Assembly: GCA_029061605.1 (NCBI GenBank)
Contig: JAIDRT010000050.1
Coordinates: 64,382 to 128,381 of the forward strand
Length of the DNA stretch: 64,000 bases
Source: Clostridia bacterium
GTDB taxonomy: Bacteria > Bacillota > Clostridia > Christensenellales > UBA3700
Reading direction: 5' to 3'
Below are positions 29,350 to 37,609 of this stretch, piece by piece (position 1 is the stretch's first letter; each line of letters begins with the position of its first letter). The notes under the pieces are model-generated. The model worked only from the letters and a program-made list of their open reading frames with translations, ran no database searches and was not told the origin of the DNA. The position numbers and the translations under genes are program-made.

Positions 29350-30501
29350 ATGAATATAAAATCAAAAAAGAGTTTAGTATTTACTATATCTATAGTTATC
29401 GTATTATTATTCGCATCAATTTTAGCATTATCTATTGAGCAAATTGACAAAATCAACGGCAATTTTATATCTAAAGAATGCGCTTCGTTGAAAAATATCC
29501 AACTCAACAGCGCAATAAATGTTTCGAACGAGAATAATAACTACAATTTTAAGTTGTTTGGGATAATCCCTATAGGTAAAGCGCAAGAAAATAAAACCGA
29601 AAAGTACGTTATGCTTGGCGGATATCCTATTGGTATAGCAATCAAGACAAACGGACTTTATATTACGTCTAAGGTAAGCGTAGTAACAAAAGACGGCGCA
29701 GTTTGCCCAGTAGAAGATTTTGATATAAAAAGTGGCGACATCTTGTTGGAAATAGACTCTCAAGTGGTTAAAAGTGTAAATGACATTCCTGCAATTATCC
29801 AAGACAAGATAGAAGTAACTCTAAAAATTAAGCGAAATGAAGATATAAAAGAGTTTATTGTTCAACCTGCTTTGGATGCATTAAGCGGCAAAAATAAACT
29901 TGGATTGTTGCTTCAAGATCAAATTGAAGGAATTGGGACAATGACTTATACCGACGGCAAAAACTTTTACGCCTTGGGACATACAATCAAGGATATGAAT
30001 GGCGAAAACGTAATTGCCAATGGCGGAAATATATATACGGCAAATATCAATGGCTATGTAAGAGGACAAAAGGGAAGAGCCGGCGAGTTAAACGGCACTT
30101 TTATGACGCTGGATAAGGCGCTTGGCAATATATCTGCCAACAATGATTTTGGTTTATACGGTCAACTTGAAAATGAATATCAGGGTAATCAAGTATTACT
30201 TGGATCAAAGTCCGACGTTCAGCCAGGCACTGCATATATTTATACCACTATAAACGGTATGGAGCCTCAGAAATATGAGATACAAATAATTAAAGCAAAT
30301 AACCAAAATAGTCCATCTGAAAAAAGTATGGTATTAAGAGTTGTTGACAAAAGGTTATTGGATACGACAGGGGGTATCGTGCAGGGTATGAGTGGAAGTC
30401 CGATTATTCAGAACGGAAAATTAATTGGCGCAGTTACACACGTTTTTACCTCGGATCCAACAAAAGGATATGGCGTTTATGTTGATTGGATGAAGCCATA
30501 A
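29350..30501 (+). CDS. spoIVB: SpoIVB signalling serine peptidase (S55)
   Basis: An N-terminal TM helix, a PDZ ('GDILLEIDSQVVKS') and the catalytic region 'GIVQGMSGSPIIQNGKLIGAVTHVF'. Synteny recN-spoIVB. Confidence 0.93.
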   Translation: MNIKSKKSLVFTISIVIVLLFASILALSIEQIDKINGNFISKECASLKNIQLNSAINVSNENNNYNFKLFGIIPIGKAQENKTEKYVMLGGYPIGIAIKTNGLYITSKVSVVTKDGAVCPVEDFDIKSGDILLEIDSQVVKSVNDIPAIIQDKIEVTLKIKRNEDIKEFIVQPALDALSGKNKLGLLLQDQIEGIGTMTYTDGKNFYALGHTIKDMNGENVIANGGNIYTANINGYVRGQKGRAGELNGTFMTLDKALGNISANNDFGLYGQLENEYQGNQVLLGSKSDVQPGTAYIYTTINGMEPQKYEIQIIKANNQNSPSEKSMVLRVVDKRLLDTTGGIVQGMSGSPIIQNGKLIGAVTHVFTSDPTKGYGVYVDWMKP

Positions 30502-30557
30502 ATTAAGTATAATTCTCAATTAACTCAAATAGTATTCTTATTTAATGCAAATATTAG

Positions 30558-30606
30558 AATAATTGGCTCGCAAATACTATAAATTAGTCTGCAAGCCAAT
30601 TATTTT
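30558..30606 (+). terminator. Terminator hairpin after spoIVB
   Basis: An 11-bp stem aataattggct/agccaattatt with a further interrupted inner stem, followed by TTTT. Confidence 0.55.
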
Positions 30607-30881
30607 GTTAAATCAAATATGTTACGTACGATTTTGTCAATAAGAAGTAAAACACATTTGTTCCATAAGAAAATCGAGTTTGATATCACTCATCATTGAT
30701 TTTAGCAGATTTAATTTAGATCAATTTGATATTAGAATTATAGACTGTATCTTAATAATTAATATTACTATTTTGTCCATATATTTTAAGCATTCCTATA
30801 CTTCTTTTATGTGGTTTAAATTCTTGCTAAAATAAAAAAAATATTATATAATATATTTATTAAAATGTTTAGGAGAAAGAT

Positions 30882-32312
30882 ATGTCAACAAATTACGTAG
30901 ATCCATTGACAACAAGATACGCAACAAAACCTATGCTTGAGCAGTTTTCTGAAAAAACTCGTATGATTTTGTGGAGAAAGTTGTGGCTTGCTCTTGCAGA
31001 GAGTGAAAAGCAACTGGGATTAAATATTACTGACGAGCAAATAGAGCAGATGCGCGCGCATCTTGAAGATATAAATTTTGAAGTTGCAAAAGAGAGAGAA
31101 AAGGTAGTCAGACACGACGTTATGGCGTACGTATACGCCTACGGTCAACAATGTCCTAAGGCAATGCCAATTATTCACCTTGGAGCGACAAGTTGTTATG
31201 TCACAGACAATTCAGACGCAATCATTTATCACGACGCGCTTATTCTTGTAAAGAATAAACTTGTCAACGTAATGGACAAGTTGGCAAAATTTGCATTGAA
31301 GTACGCCGATATGCCGACTTTAGGGTTTACGCACCTTCAGCCCGCCCAACTCGTTACCGTCGGAAAAAGAGCAGCGCTTTGGCTGCAAGAGTTACAAATG
31401 GATTACGAGAATCTTCAATTTGTAATAGACAATACCAAATTGAGAGGCGTAAAGGGTACTACCGGCACTCAGGCAAGTTTTCTTCAATTATTTGACGGCG
31501 ACCACGAAAAAGTTAAGAAGTTAAATAAATTAGTAGTAGAAAAAATGGGGTTTAGCAAGACCTTTGACGTAAGTGGACAAACTTATAGTAGAAAATATGA
31601 TTATAATATTTTGTCTGTTTTGTCTCAAATTGCTCAAAGCGCATACAAGTTCGCTAATGATTTGAGAATTTTGCAAAATATGAAAGAAATGGAAGAGCCT
31701 TTTGAAAAAAATCAAATAGGATCATCTGCTATGGCTTACAAGCGTAATCCTATGAGAAGCGAGAGAATATGTTCGCTTGCAAGATACGTTATGACTTTAC
31801 CTGCAAATGCAGCAAATACTGCTGCAACTCAGTGGTTTGAACGTACGCTTGACGATTCCGCCAATAGAAGACTCGTAATGGCTCAAGCCTTCTTATCCAT
31901 TGACGCAATACTAGAAATATATATGAACGTTGCTGACGGTATGGTTGTATATGAAAACACAATAAATAAGCATATTATGGCAGAGTTGCCATTTATGTCC
32001 ACAGAAGTTATTCTTATGGAATGTGTAAAAGCAGGTGGAGATAGACAGGAATTACACGAAAAAATCAGAGTACATTCTATGGAAGCATCAAAAATGGTCA
32101 AGCAATTTGGCAAGGATAACGACTTGATCGAAAGAATAAAAAATGATAAATCCTTTGCCGCAATCAATGATAAAATTGATAGTATTCTTGATCCCAAGAA
32201 CTTTATAGGACGCGCCAAAGAGCAGACTGTGGAGTATATAAACGAGGTAATCAATCCTATTTTGAAAAAGCATAAAGACATTTTAGGATTAAGCGGACAA
32301 GTAAACGTTTGA
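30882..32312 (+). CDS. purB: Adenylosuccinate lyase
   Basis: The fumarate-lyase signature 'GSSAMAYKRNP', plus 'THLQPAQ' and 'GVKGTTGTQASF'. AGGAGA RBS. Confidence 0.96.
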   Translation: MSTNYVDPLTTRYATKPMLEQFSEKTRMILWRKLWLALAESEKQLGLNITDEQIEQMRAHLEDINFEVAKEREKVVRHDVMAYVYAYGQQCPKAMPIIHLGATSCYVTDNSDAIIYHDALILVKNKLVNVMDKLAKFALKYADMPTLGFTHLQPAQLVTVGKRAALWLQELQMDYENLQFVIDNTKLRGVKGTTGTQASFLQLFDGDHEKVKKLNKLVVEKMGFSKTFDVSGQTYSRKYDYNILSVLSQIAQSAYKFANDLRILQNMKEMEEPFEKNQIGSSAMAYKRNPMRSERICSLARYVMTLPANAANTAATQWFERTLDDSANRRLVMAQAFLSIDAILEIYMNVADGMVVYENTINKHIMAELPFMSTEVILMECVKAGGDRQELHEKIRVHSMEASKMVKQFGKDNDLIERIKNDKSFAAINDKIDSILDPKNFIGRAKEQTVEYINEVINPILKKHKDILGLSGQVNV

Positions 32313-32381
32313 TGAATCCGCACAGAACATTTCTGGTAAAAACCCGCTTTCCCATATAGAAAATGACCCTTTGAGTCATTT

Positions 32382-32474
32382 TGGCAGGGGAAGTGTGATT
32401 AACATCAGTACGTCAGCGATTCGTAAGGAGCGCAGCGACGGCATAGCGAACGACAGTGAGCGTCACACGCAACC
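32382..32474 (-). pseudogene. Partial, interrupted copy of the tRNA-Trp 3' portion
   Basis: It shares 'ggttgcgtgt' (32465-32474 vs 32568-32577) and 'cccctgcca' plus an adjacent hairpin with the real gene. A filler of about 65 nt sits where the T-loop should be, and there is no 5' acceptor strand. Confidence 0.35.
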
Positions 32475-32518
32475 TGTTCCGCAAAGCGAAACATTGCTGT
32501 TTGAAGTGCATCTGAAAT

Positions 32519-32545
32519 GAAAAAACGACCTATGTTAGGTCGTTT
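32519..32545 (-). terminator. Rho-independent terminator of tRNA-Trp
   Basis: On the - strand the stem is acgacct/aggtcgt, followed by TTTTTT, immediately after the CCA end. Confidence 0.8.
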
Positions 32546-32620
32546 TGGCAGGGGAGACGCGATTCGAACACGCAACCAATGGTTTTGGAGACCACTACTC
32601 TACCGTTGAGCCACTCCCCT
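32546..32620 (-). tRNA. trnW: tRNA-Trp (anticodon CCA), with encoded CCA end
   Basis: The reverse complement folds as a cloverleaf. The acceptor is AGGGGAG/CTCCCCT, the D arm GCTC..GAGT and the anticodon arm GTGGT-CTCCAAA-ACCAT. The T arm is GCGTG-TTCGAAT-CGCGT and the discriminator is G followed by CCA. Confidence 0.93.
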
Positions 32621-32648
32621 AAAAAGAGTAAGTTAAAACTTCTTAAAC

Positions 32649-32677
32649 ATTATATTAAATCTTTTAGGAAGTGTCAA
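32649..32677 (-). promoter_or_regulatory. Consensus sigma-A promoter of tRNA-Trp
   Basis: On the - strand: TTGACA, a 17-nt spacer, then TATAAT. It ends about 28 nt upstream of the mature 5' end. Confidence 0.7.
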
Positions 32678-32706
32678 GAGAATAAAAGTAATTTGGAGTT
32701 AATTTT

Positions 32707-33495
32707 ATGAATTATAAGTATAAACTTGGATTTATAGGTTGCGGGAATATGGCAAAGGCCATAATAAACGGCTTATTGGACAGCAAACTATTGGCGACTA
32801 AGGATATTTTGGTATCTACGCCCAGCATAAGCGCACCTTATAGAGGAGTGTCTTTTTCAAACAACAATCAAGACGTCGTATCAACTTGCGAATACGTCGT
32901 ATTGGCAGTTAAACCGCAGATTTTTAAAGCAATTTCAGCAGATTTTACAAATAATAAATGTAAATGCGTAATATCTATTATGGCAGGGGTAAACACCGAC
33001 ACGATCGCAAAAGTATGCAATTGCAATCAGGTCATACGAATTATGCCCAACACGCCTTGCTCTATTGGCGAAGGTGTAAGCGCTATCACTTCATTTAATG
33101 CTGATGCAGACAGCAACGAATTTGTAGAAAATATTTTTAAAACAATTTCAAAGGTTGTCAGGGTAGAGGAAAAGTACTTTGATGCCGTTACTTCCATAAG
33201 CGGTAGTGGACCGGCATACGTCTATTATTTTATAAAAGCAATGATAGACGGTGGAATAAAAGGCGGATTAAGTTTTGACCAAAGCAAAGAATTGACTATA
33301 GCCACAATGATAGGCGCTAGTAAAATGGTGGCAAACTCAAGCGAAGAATTGGACACACTGATCCAAAAAGTATGCTCAAAAGGCGGCACTACAATACAGG
33401 CAATCAACACATTTAGGGAAAAATCCGTAGATAAGAGCATTATTGAAGGAATAGAAAAATGTCGCAAAAGAAGCGAGGAATTGAGCAAGGGATGA
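32707..33495 (+). CDS. proC: Pyrroline-5-carboxylate reductase
   Basis: Rossmann 'LGFIGCGNMAKAI', plus 'RIMPNTP' and 'SKGGTTIQAI'. Confidence 0.95.
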   Translation: MNYKYKLGFIGCGNMAKAIINGLLDSKLLATKDILVSTPSISAPYRGVSFSNNNQDVVSTCEYVVLAVKPQIFKAISADFTNNKCKCVISIMAGVNTDTIAKVCNCNQVIRIMPNTPCSIGEGVSAITSFNADADSNEFVENIFKTISKVVRVEEKYFDAVTSISGSGPAYVYYFIKAMIDGGIKGGLSFDQSKELTIATMIGASKMVANSSEELDTLIQKVCSKGGTTIQAINTFREKSVDKSIIEGIEKCRKRSEELSKG

Positions 33496-33947
33496 AAAGC
33501 GTAACTATTTACACAGACGGAGCCTGCTCTGGCAATCCGGGTATAGGCGGCTGGGGCGCAATCCTTATATATAACGGACACGAAAAAGAGTTGAGCGGAT
33601 ACAATAAAGATACGACAAACAACAGAATGGAGATGTTTGCCGTCATTCAGGGATTAAGTGCGCTCAAAGAGCCTTGCGAAGTGAAGGTTTACAGTGACTC
33701 CGCTTACGTTTGCAATGCTTTTTCCGAAGGTTGGGTAAAGCAATGGGAAAATAATAATTGGAAAACTTCCAATAGAACTCCAGTTAAAAATGACGACTTA
33801 TGGAAGCGCCTTTTGCTTCTTATGGCAAAGCACAAAGTTGAATACATCAAAGTAAAGGGACACGCTGACAATGAGTACAACAACCGATGCGACAAGTTGG
33901 CTACTGATGCGATCAAGCGCGTGAAGAAAAATTTGGATCTGCAGTAA
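33492..33947 (+). CDS. rnhA: Ribonuclease HI
   Basis: ATG at 33492 (ATGA overlap with proC). 'IYTDGACSGNPGIGGWGAIL', 'TNNRMEM', 'YSDSAYV' and 'VKGHADNEYNNRCDKLA'. Confidence 0.93.
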   Translation: MKSVTIYTDGACSGNPGIGGWGAILIYNGHEKELSGYNKDTTNNRMEMFAVIQGLSALKEPCEVKVYSDSAYVCNAFSEGWVKQWENNNWKTSNRTPVKNDDLWKRLLLLMAKHKVEYIKVKGHADNEYNNRCDKLATDAIKRVKKNLDLQ

Positions 33948-33948
33948 G

Positions 33949-33971
33949 ATAGGGCATAAGCCCTATTTTTT
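33949..33971 (+). terminator. Rho-independent terminator after rnhA
   Basis: Stem atagggc/gccctat, loop ataa, followed by TTTTTT. Confidence 0.85.
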
Positions 33972-34042
33972 ATTGATTATTTCAATAATTTTATTTAAAT
34001 GTAATTATTTTTTTGTCAACTGCTTATAATATTTATAAGATT

Positions 34043-35008
34043 ATGACTTTAAGATCAAGATATATCTCCTTAATTACGGTTTCTATCGCTCTTATAGTGT
34101 ACAATATCGCACTATTGTATGCCTTTGCTAATTTTAATATTAACTTATATATAAAGATTGTCAGCATAGTACTTAACGTTCCGCTTTTGATATCAGCGCT
34201 GGTTGGCGTAATTAGGAATTACCAACAATGCGTCCGGTGGGTACTATGCATTAGCGCACTATTAGCAATTGCTTCAATCTGCTATCATATTGTATTGAAG
34301 TATGATTTAATATCAAAATTCGACAGCACGGAAAAAGTTCAAGCATTTTTATCAAAATACGGAGCATACGCGGGAATTATTTTCATAGTCATTCAATTTT
34401 TGCAAGTAACGATAGTTCCTTTACCGGCTGCGATAACTACGTTGGCAGGGGTAGCGTTGTTTGGATTTTGGCCTACGTTTTTCTATAGCGTAGTAGGAAT
34501 GATGATTGGCTCAATGCTTGCATTCTATCTGGGAAGGAAGTTTGGAGTAAAACTAATTATATGGTTATTTGGCAAAAGCGCTTACGATAAATATGTCAAA
34601 TTCACACAAGGCAAAGACAAGATCGTCTTAACTCTTATGTTTTTGTTTCCATTTTTCCCAGACGACTTATTATGCATAGTCGCCGGCATAACCGATATGA
34701 AATATTGGCAATTCTTTATAATTATGCTGATCACAAGACCGTTAAATATCCTTATACTAGAAGGCGCGCTCAAAGGTTTTTCTTCAATTCCATTGACAGG
34801 GTACGGAATCCCTATATGGATTGCAATAATTGCAGTGGCTTTGATCGCAGTGGTTTTGGCATTTAAGTACAGCAACAAATTGGAAAAAGCATTATTGTCT
34901 TTATTTGATAAAATATCTTCCAAAATCAAGAGAAACGATAAAGTTAAACTCAAAGACATATACTCTCAATCCAAATCTTGCTATGACAAAAACAATATAA
35001 TAAAGTAA
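34043..35008 (+). CDS. TVP38/TMEM64 (DedA-related, SNARE-associated) family membrane protein with an extra N-terminal TM region
   Basis: 'FLQVTIVPLPAAITTLAGVALFG' and 'FPFFPDDLLCIVAGITDM' are typical of the family. The start is taken at ATG 34043; the TTG at 34013 overlaps a TTGTCA -35-like box. Confidence 0.75.
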   Translation: MTLRSRYISLITVSIALIVYNIALLYAFANFNINLYIKIVSIVLNVPLLISALVGVIRNYQQCVRWVLCISALLAIASICYHIVLKYDLISKFDSTEKVQAFLSKYGAYAGIIFIVIQFLQVTIVPLPAAITTLAGVALFGFWPTFFYSVVGMMIGSMLAFYLGRKFGVKLIIWLFGKSAYDKYVKFTQGKDKIVLTLMFLFPFFPDDLLCIVAGITDMKYWQFFIIMLITRPLNILILEGALKGFSSIPLTGYGIPIWIAIIAVALIAVVLAFKYSNKLEKALLSLFDKISSKIKRNDKVKLKDIYSQSKSCYDKNNIIK

Positions 35009-35020
35009 ATTTTATGTTCA

Positions 35021-35048
35021 AAAAAAGAAGGGAAGCCCCTTCTTTTTT
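35021..35048. terminator. Bidirectional terminator between convergent genes
   Basis: aaaaaagaaggg-aagc-cccttctttttt, a perfect stem with A-run and T-run flanks. Confidence 0.85.
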
Positions 35049-35065
35049 GTATTGCAAACATCTAT

Positions 35066-36901
35066 TTAGTTGACGTGATATTTATAAGTTCTGTATAACA
35101 AAGTGTATATGATTGAGAAGAGCGGTATATTGAATAGCAATACGCTTGGCAATATTATCGTGCGCTCCATAGACATATAATCATTAATATTTGCGCTAAA
35201 TTCTACAAATCCCAATAATGCAAATACTATAGGCATTGTTACGACCGGCAAAAGCGAAATAAGAAATGAAGTTTTTGGGTTATAGTTTGCCAAAGATTTT
35301 CGCGTAGGATCAATTACGTACATCACGCTTCTAATTGCAGGGAAAATTGCCAAAGCAAAAATTATCAACAACCACAAATTAGATATCTTATTCTCGCCGC
35401 GATTGCAAATAAAGTGAGATATAAATAACTCTACCGCAAAAATAACAAAAATGATTAGCGACGCGTGAAATTGAAGTTTGTTGGAGAAGTAATACCTATT
35501 GACGTAATATTCCATAGTATTTCTCTTGTCATATGGCTTGATGTTTACGCCCTTTGCTTGGTATTTATATACCATTTCTTTCATTGTCAAAAACTCAATA
35601 TCGGTTGATGTCTCTTGCTCAAAAGAATCGTCTTCGTCTTCTACGTCAAATAATTCGCTGAAAGATTCCACGTAATTCACGTCATTTTCTCGCGAATAGT
35701 TGGAGAATATGGAAGAAAAAGAAGTAGAGGGGTCTTGCGCAGGATTATGCAACGGTCTGCTTGCAAAAGTAGAAGTTGCAGTTTCATAATCTTCAGATTG
35801 AGTTTGCTCCAATTCAGAGTTGTCTTGTATTGGTTGCAGATTTTCTTCTTGAACTTCCTCTATGACTTCTTCAGTTGTACTTTCAATCACGCTTTCTTCC
35901 GCCTCATTTAAATTTTCGGCGGTGTCTGCGTCATTATCTTCAACTGCACTTACAGCAGACATTTCGTCGCTAGTCTCTGCAATTTGCGCAACTTCTTCTG
36001 TTTCTTCAGCGATAATAAAATTTACGCCTTCTTCATTTTGAGGTTGTTCTTCTTGAGGAACTAACAGAGCAGTCTCTTCAATAACTTCAGCATCACTCTC
36101 TGTCAAATCTGCATTTTCTATTTCAGCCACTTCGTCTATTAAATGCTCTTCTATGGCTTCTTCATTGCTTTGGTTATCTTCAACAAGAACCTCTTCGTTT
36201 ACATCGTTTATTAAAATAAAACTAGGTTGATATTCGTCACCAGAGCCGGAAAGAGTAGTAATCTCTTGAGTTTCTGTTTGAGACAACAACAAAGTTTCTT
36301 CTTGCTCTGGCAAATCACTATCGCCTTGAGCATTTTCTACATTTTCTGTCTTGTTATTGATTTCTTGAATATTCTCAGGGGATACGTATACTATATCTGC
36401 GCCCTCAGGAATATCATCAGATTTTAAGTAAACGTATTTTACAACGACTTCTTTTTCTTTATCTTGTTCCTTATCTTCCTTTTCGCCTCTTGCTCTACGA
36501 GTCAATGGTCTAAAATCAGCCGGATCAAACGGCTTATCTTCACTCTGTGGGTCGAACTTGTTATCCGATATCAAATTTGACATCAAGAAGTTACAAAATT
36601 CCCAATAAGACTTGTCATTTTCAAGATGTTCGCGTCCCATTTGAGTGAGACCGTAATAAACTCTTTTGGCGCCATTTGAAATATCGCCGTCATAAGAATG
36701 TACATATCCGTTTTTTTCAAGACGCTTTAAACTGCTGTACAGGGTGGCTTGCTTTAAAGAATACATACCTTGACTGCGCTCTTGAATAGCGCTTAAAATT
36801 TCAAGTCCGTACTTGTCAGTATCAGATAGAGCAGATAAAACAATCATATCGGCTTGTCCGCGGACAAAATCAACATTTGCATTGAAATTATCTTTCTCCA
36901 T
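35066..36901 (-). CDS. PadR-family wHTH regulator fused to a ~300-aa acidic low-complexity linker and a C-terminal 4-5 TM domain
   Basis: The N-terminal 'DMIVLSALSDTDKYGLEILSAIQERSQGMYSLKQATLYSSLKRLEKNGYV...RVYYGLT' is PadR-like. The central E/D/Q/N/T-rich region has no obvious fold. The C-terminus carries hydrophobic helices. GGGAGG RBS. Confidence 0.75.
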   Translation of the reverse strand: MEKDNFNANVDFVRGQADMIVLSALSDTDKYGLEILSAIQERSQGMYSLKQATLYSSLKRLEKNGYVHSYDGDISNGAKRVYYGLTQMGREHLENDKSYWEFCNFLMSNLISDNKFDPQSEDKPFDPADFRPLTRRARGEKEDKEQDKEKEVVVKYVYLKSDDIPEGADIVYVSPENIQEINNKTENVENAQGDSDLPEQEETLLLSQTETQEITTLSGSGDEYQPSFILINDVNEEVLVEDNQSNEEAIEEHLIDEVAEIENADLTESDAEVIEETALLVPQEEQPQNEEGVNFIIAEETEEVAQIAETSDEMSAVSAVEDNDADTAENLNEAEESVIESTTEEVIEEVQEENLQPIQDNSELEQTQSEDYETATSTFASRPLHNPAQDPSTSFSSIFSNYSRENDVNYVESFSELFDVEDEDDSFEQETSTDIEFLTMKEMVYKYQAKGVNIKPYDKRNTMEYYVNRYYFSNKLQFHASLIIFVIFAVELFISHFICNRGENKISNLWLLIIFALAIFPAIRSVMYVIDPTRKSLANYNPKTSFLISLLPVVTMPIVFALLGFVEFSANINDYMSMERTIILPSVLLFNIPLFSIIYTLLYRTYKYHVN

Positions 36902-37132
36902 TCCAAGAAATACCTCCCAAATAATATGTACAATGATATTTTACTATATAAATTTAAAAAAATCAACAAATAACTTTATAATTACTTATATTATATAACA
37001 ATTTGTGAGCAAAAAGGGAAGTACTATAGTCCTACAAGTTCGTCAAGTGATAATCCATAGCAATTCTTGGTAGAGACATCTCGCAAATTAATCAAATAAA
37101 AAAAGCGTCATCGGATAGCGATTAATAAAAGC

Positions 37133-37216
37133 AAAAAAGTGAGACTAGCATTTCAACTAGTCTCGTGCGCCAATTATCGGTCGCAATCTTTGCGCTTACC
37201 ATATAGGTTACGCTCT
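37133..37216 (-). ncRNA. Candidate ~85-nt small RNA (unclassified)
   Basis: It is bounded by a near-consensus promoter (37223-37251) and a strong terminator (8-bp stem gagactag/ctagtctc followed by TTTTTT). It contains no ORF or RBS. Confidence 0.35.
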
Positions 37217-37222
37217 ACATAT

Positions 37223-37251
37223 AGTATAGCCAATGGTATATGAAAAGTCAA
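37223..37251 (-). promoter_or_regulatory. Near-consensus sigma-A promoter driving the sRNA candidate
   Basis: On the - strand: TTGACT, a 17-nt spacer, then TATACT. Confidence 0.55.
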
Positions 37252-37388
37252 TGGTAAAAGGAATCAAAAATATAAAATGTTAACATCCAGTGTCTTACAC
37301 TTACACCGTAAACCCCTCAAGGATTGGCGGTCTTTTAGTGTTGTTAGACTTAACTTAGGTGGATTTATTTAAGAGTGGAGAATTAACT

Positions 37389-37424
37389 AAACTATTCGCA
37401 AAACCATACCTTTGCGAATAGTTT
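37389..37424. repeat. Perfect 14-8-14 inverted repeat (lox/dif-like architecture)
   Basis: aaactattcgcaaa-accatacc-tttgcgaatagttt. There is no U-tract on either side. It lies 186 bp upstream of the tyrosine recombinase ATG. Confidence 0.9.
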
Positions 37425-37609
37425 GACTAATTACAGCATATAATATACTGATATTATTCTTATTTAATTAAATTTATAAAATAATATGCAAATTTAAGAA
37501 AAATAATGAGTTTATTCAAAACATAACTATTTTAATATAAAAATCTACATAATTATTTAAATTTTATTGGATATTTGTATTATTAAATTTTTTATGTTAT
37601 AATACGTTT

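Noticed and set aside
30502-30881. A purine riboswitch or a small sporulation ORF in the AT-rich spacer upstream of purB.
   Set aside because: The conserved purine-riboswitch core sequence is absent. The only ORFs (19-26 aa) lack Shine-Dalgarno sequences.
32382-32474. A second functional tRNA downstream of tRNA-Trp, for example a long-arm tRNA or selC. A 'cttcaaa' string nearby hinted at a UCA anticodon.
   Set aside because: No 5' acceptor strand complements 'cttcccct'. There is no D arm, and the putative anticodon stem does not pair. Only the 3' fragment is similar to the real gene.
37389-37424. The 14-bp perfect hairpin read as a rho-independent terminator.
   Set aside because: No U-tract follows it on either strand, so it was kept only as an inverted repeat and possible recombinase site.
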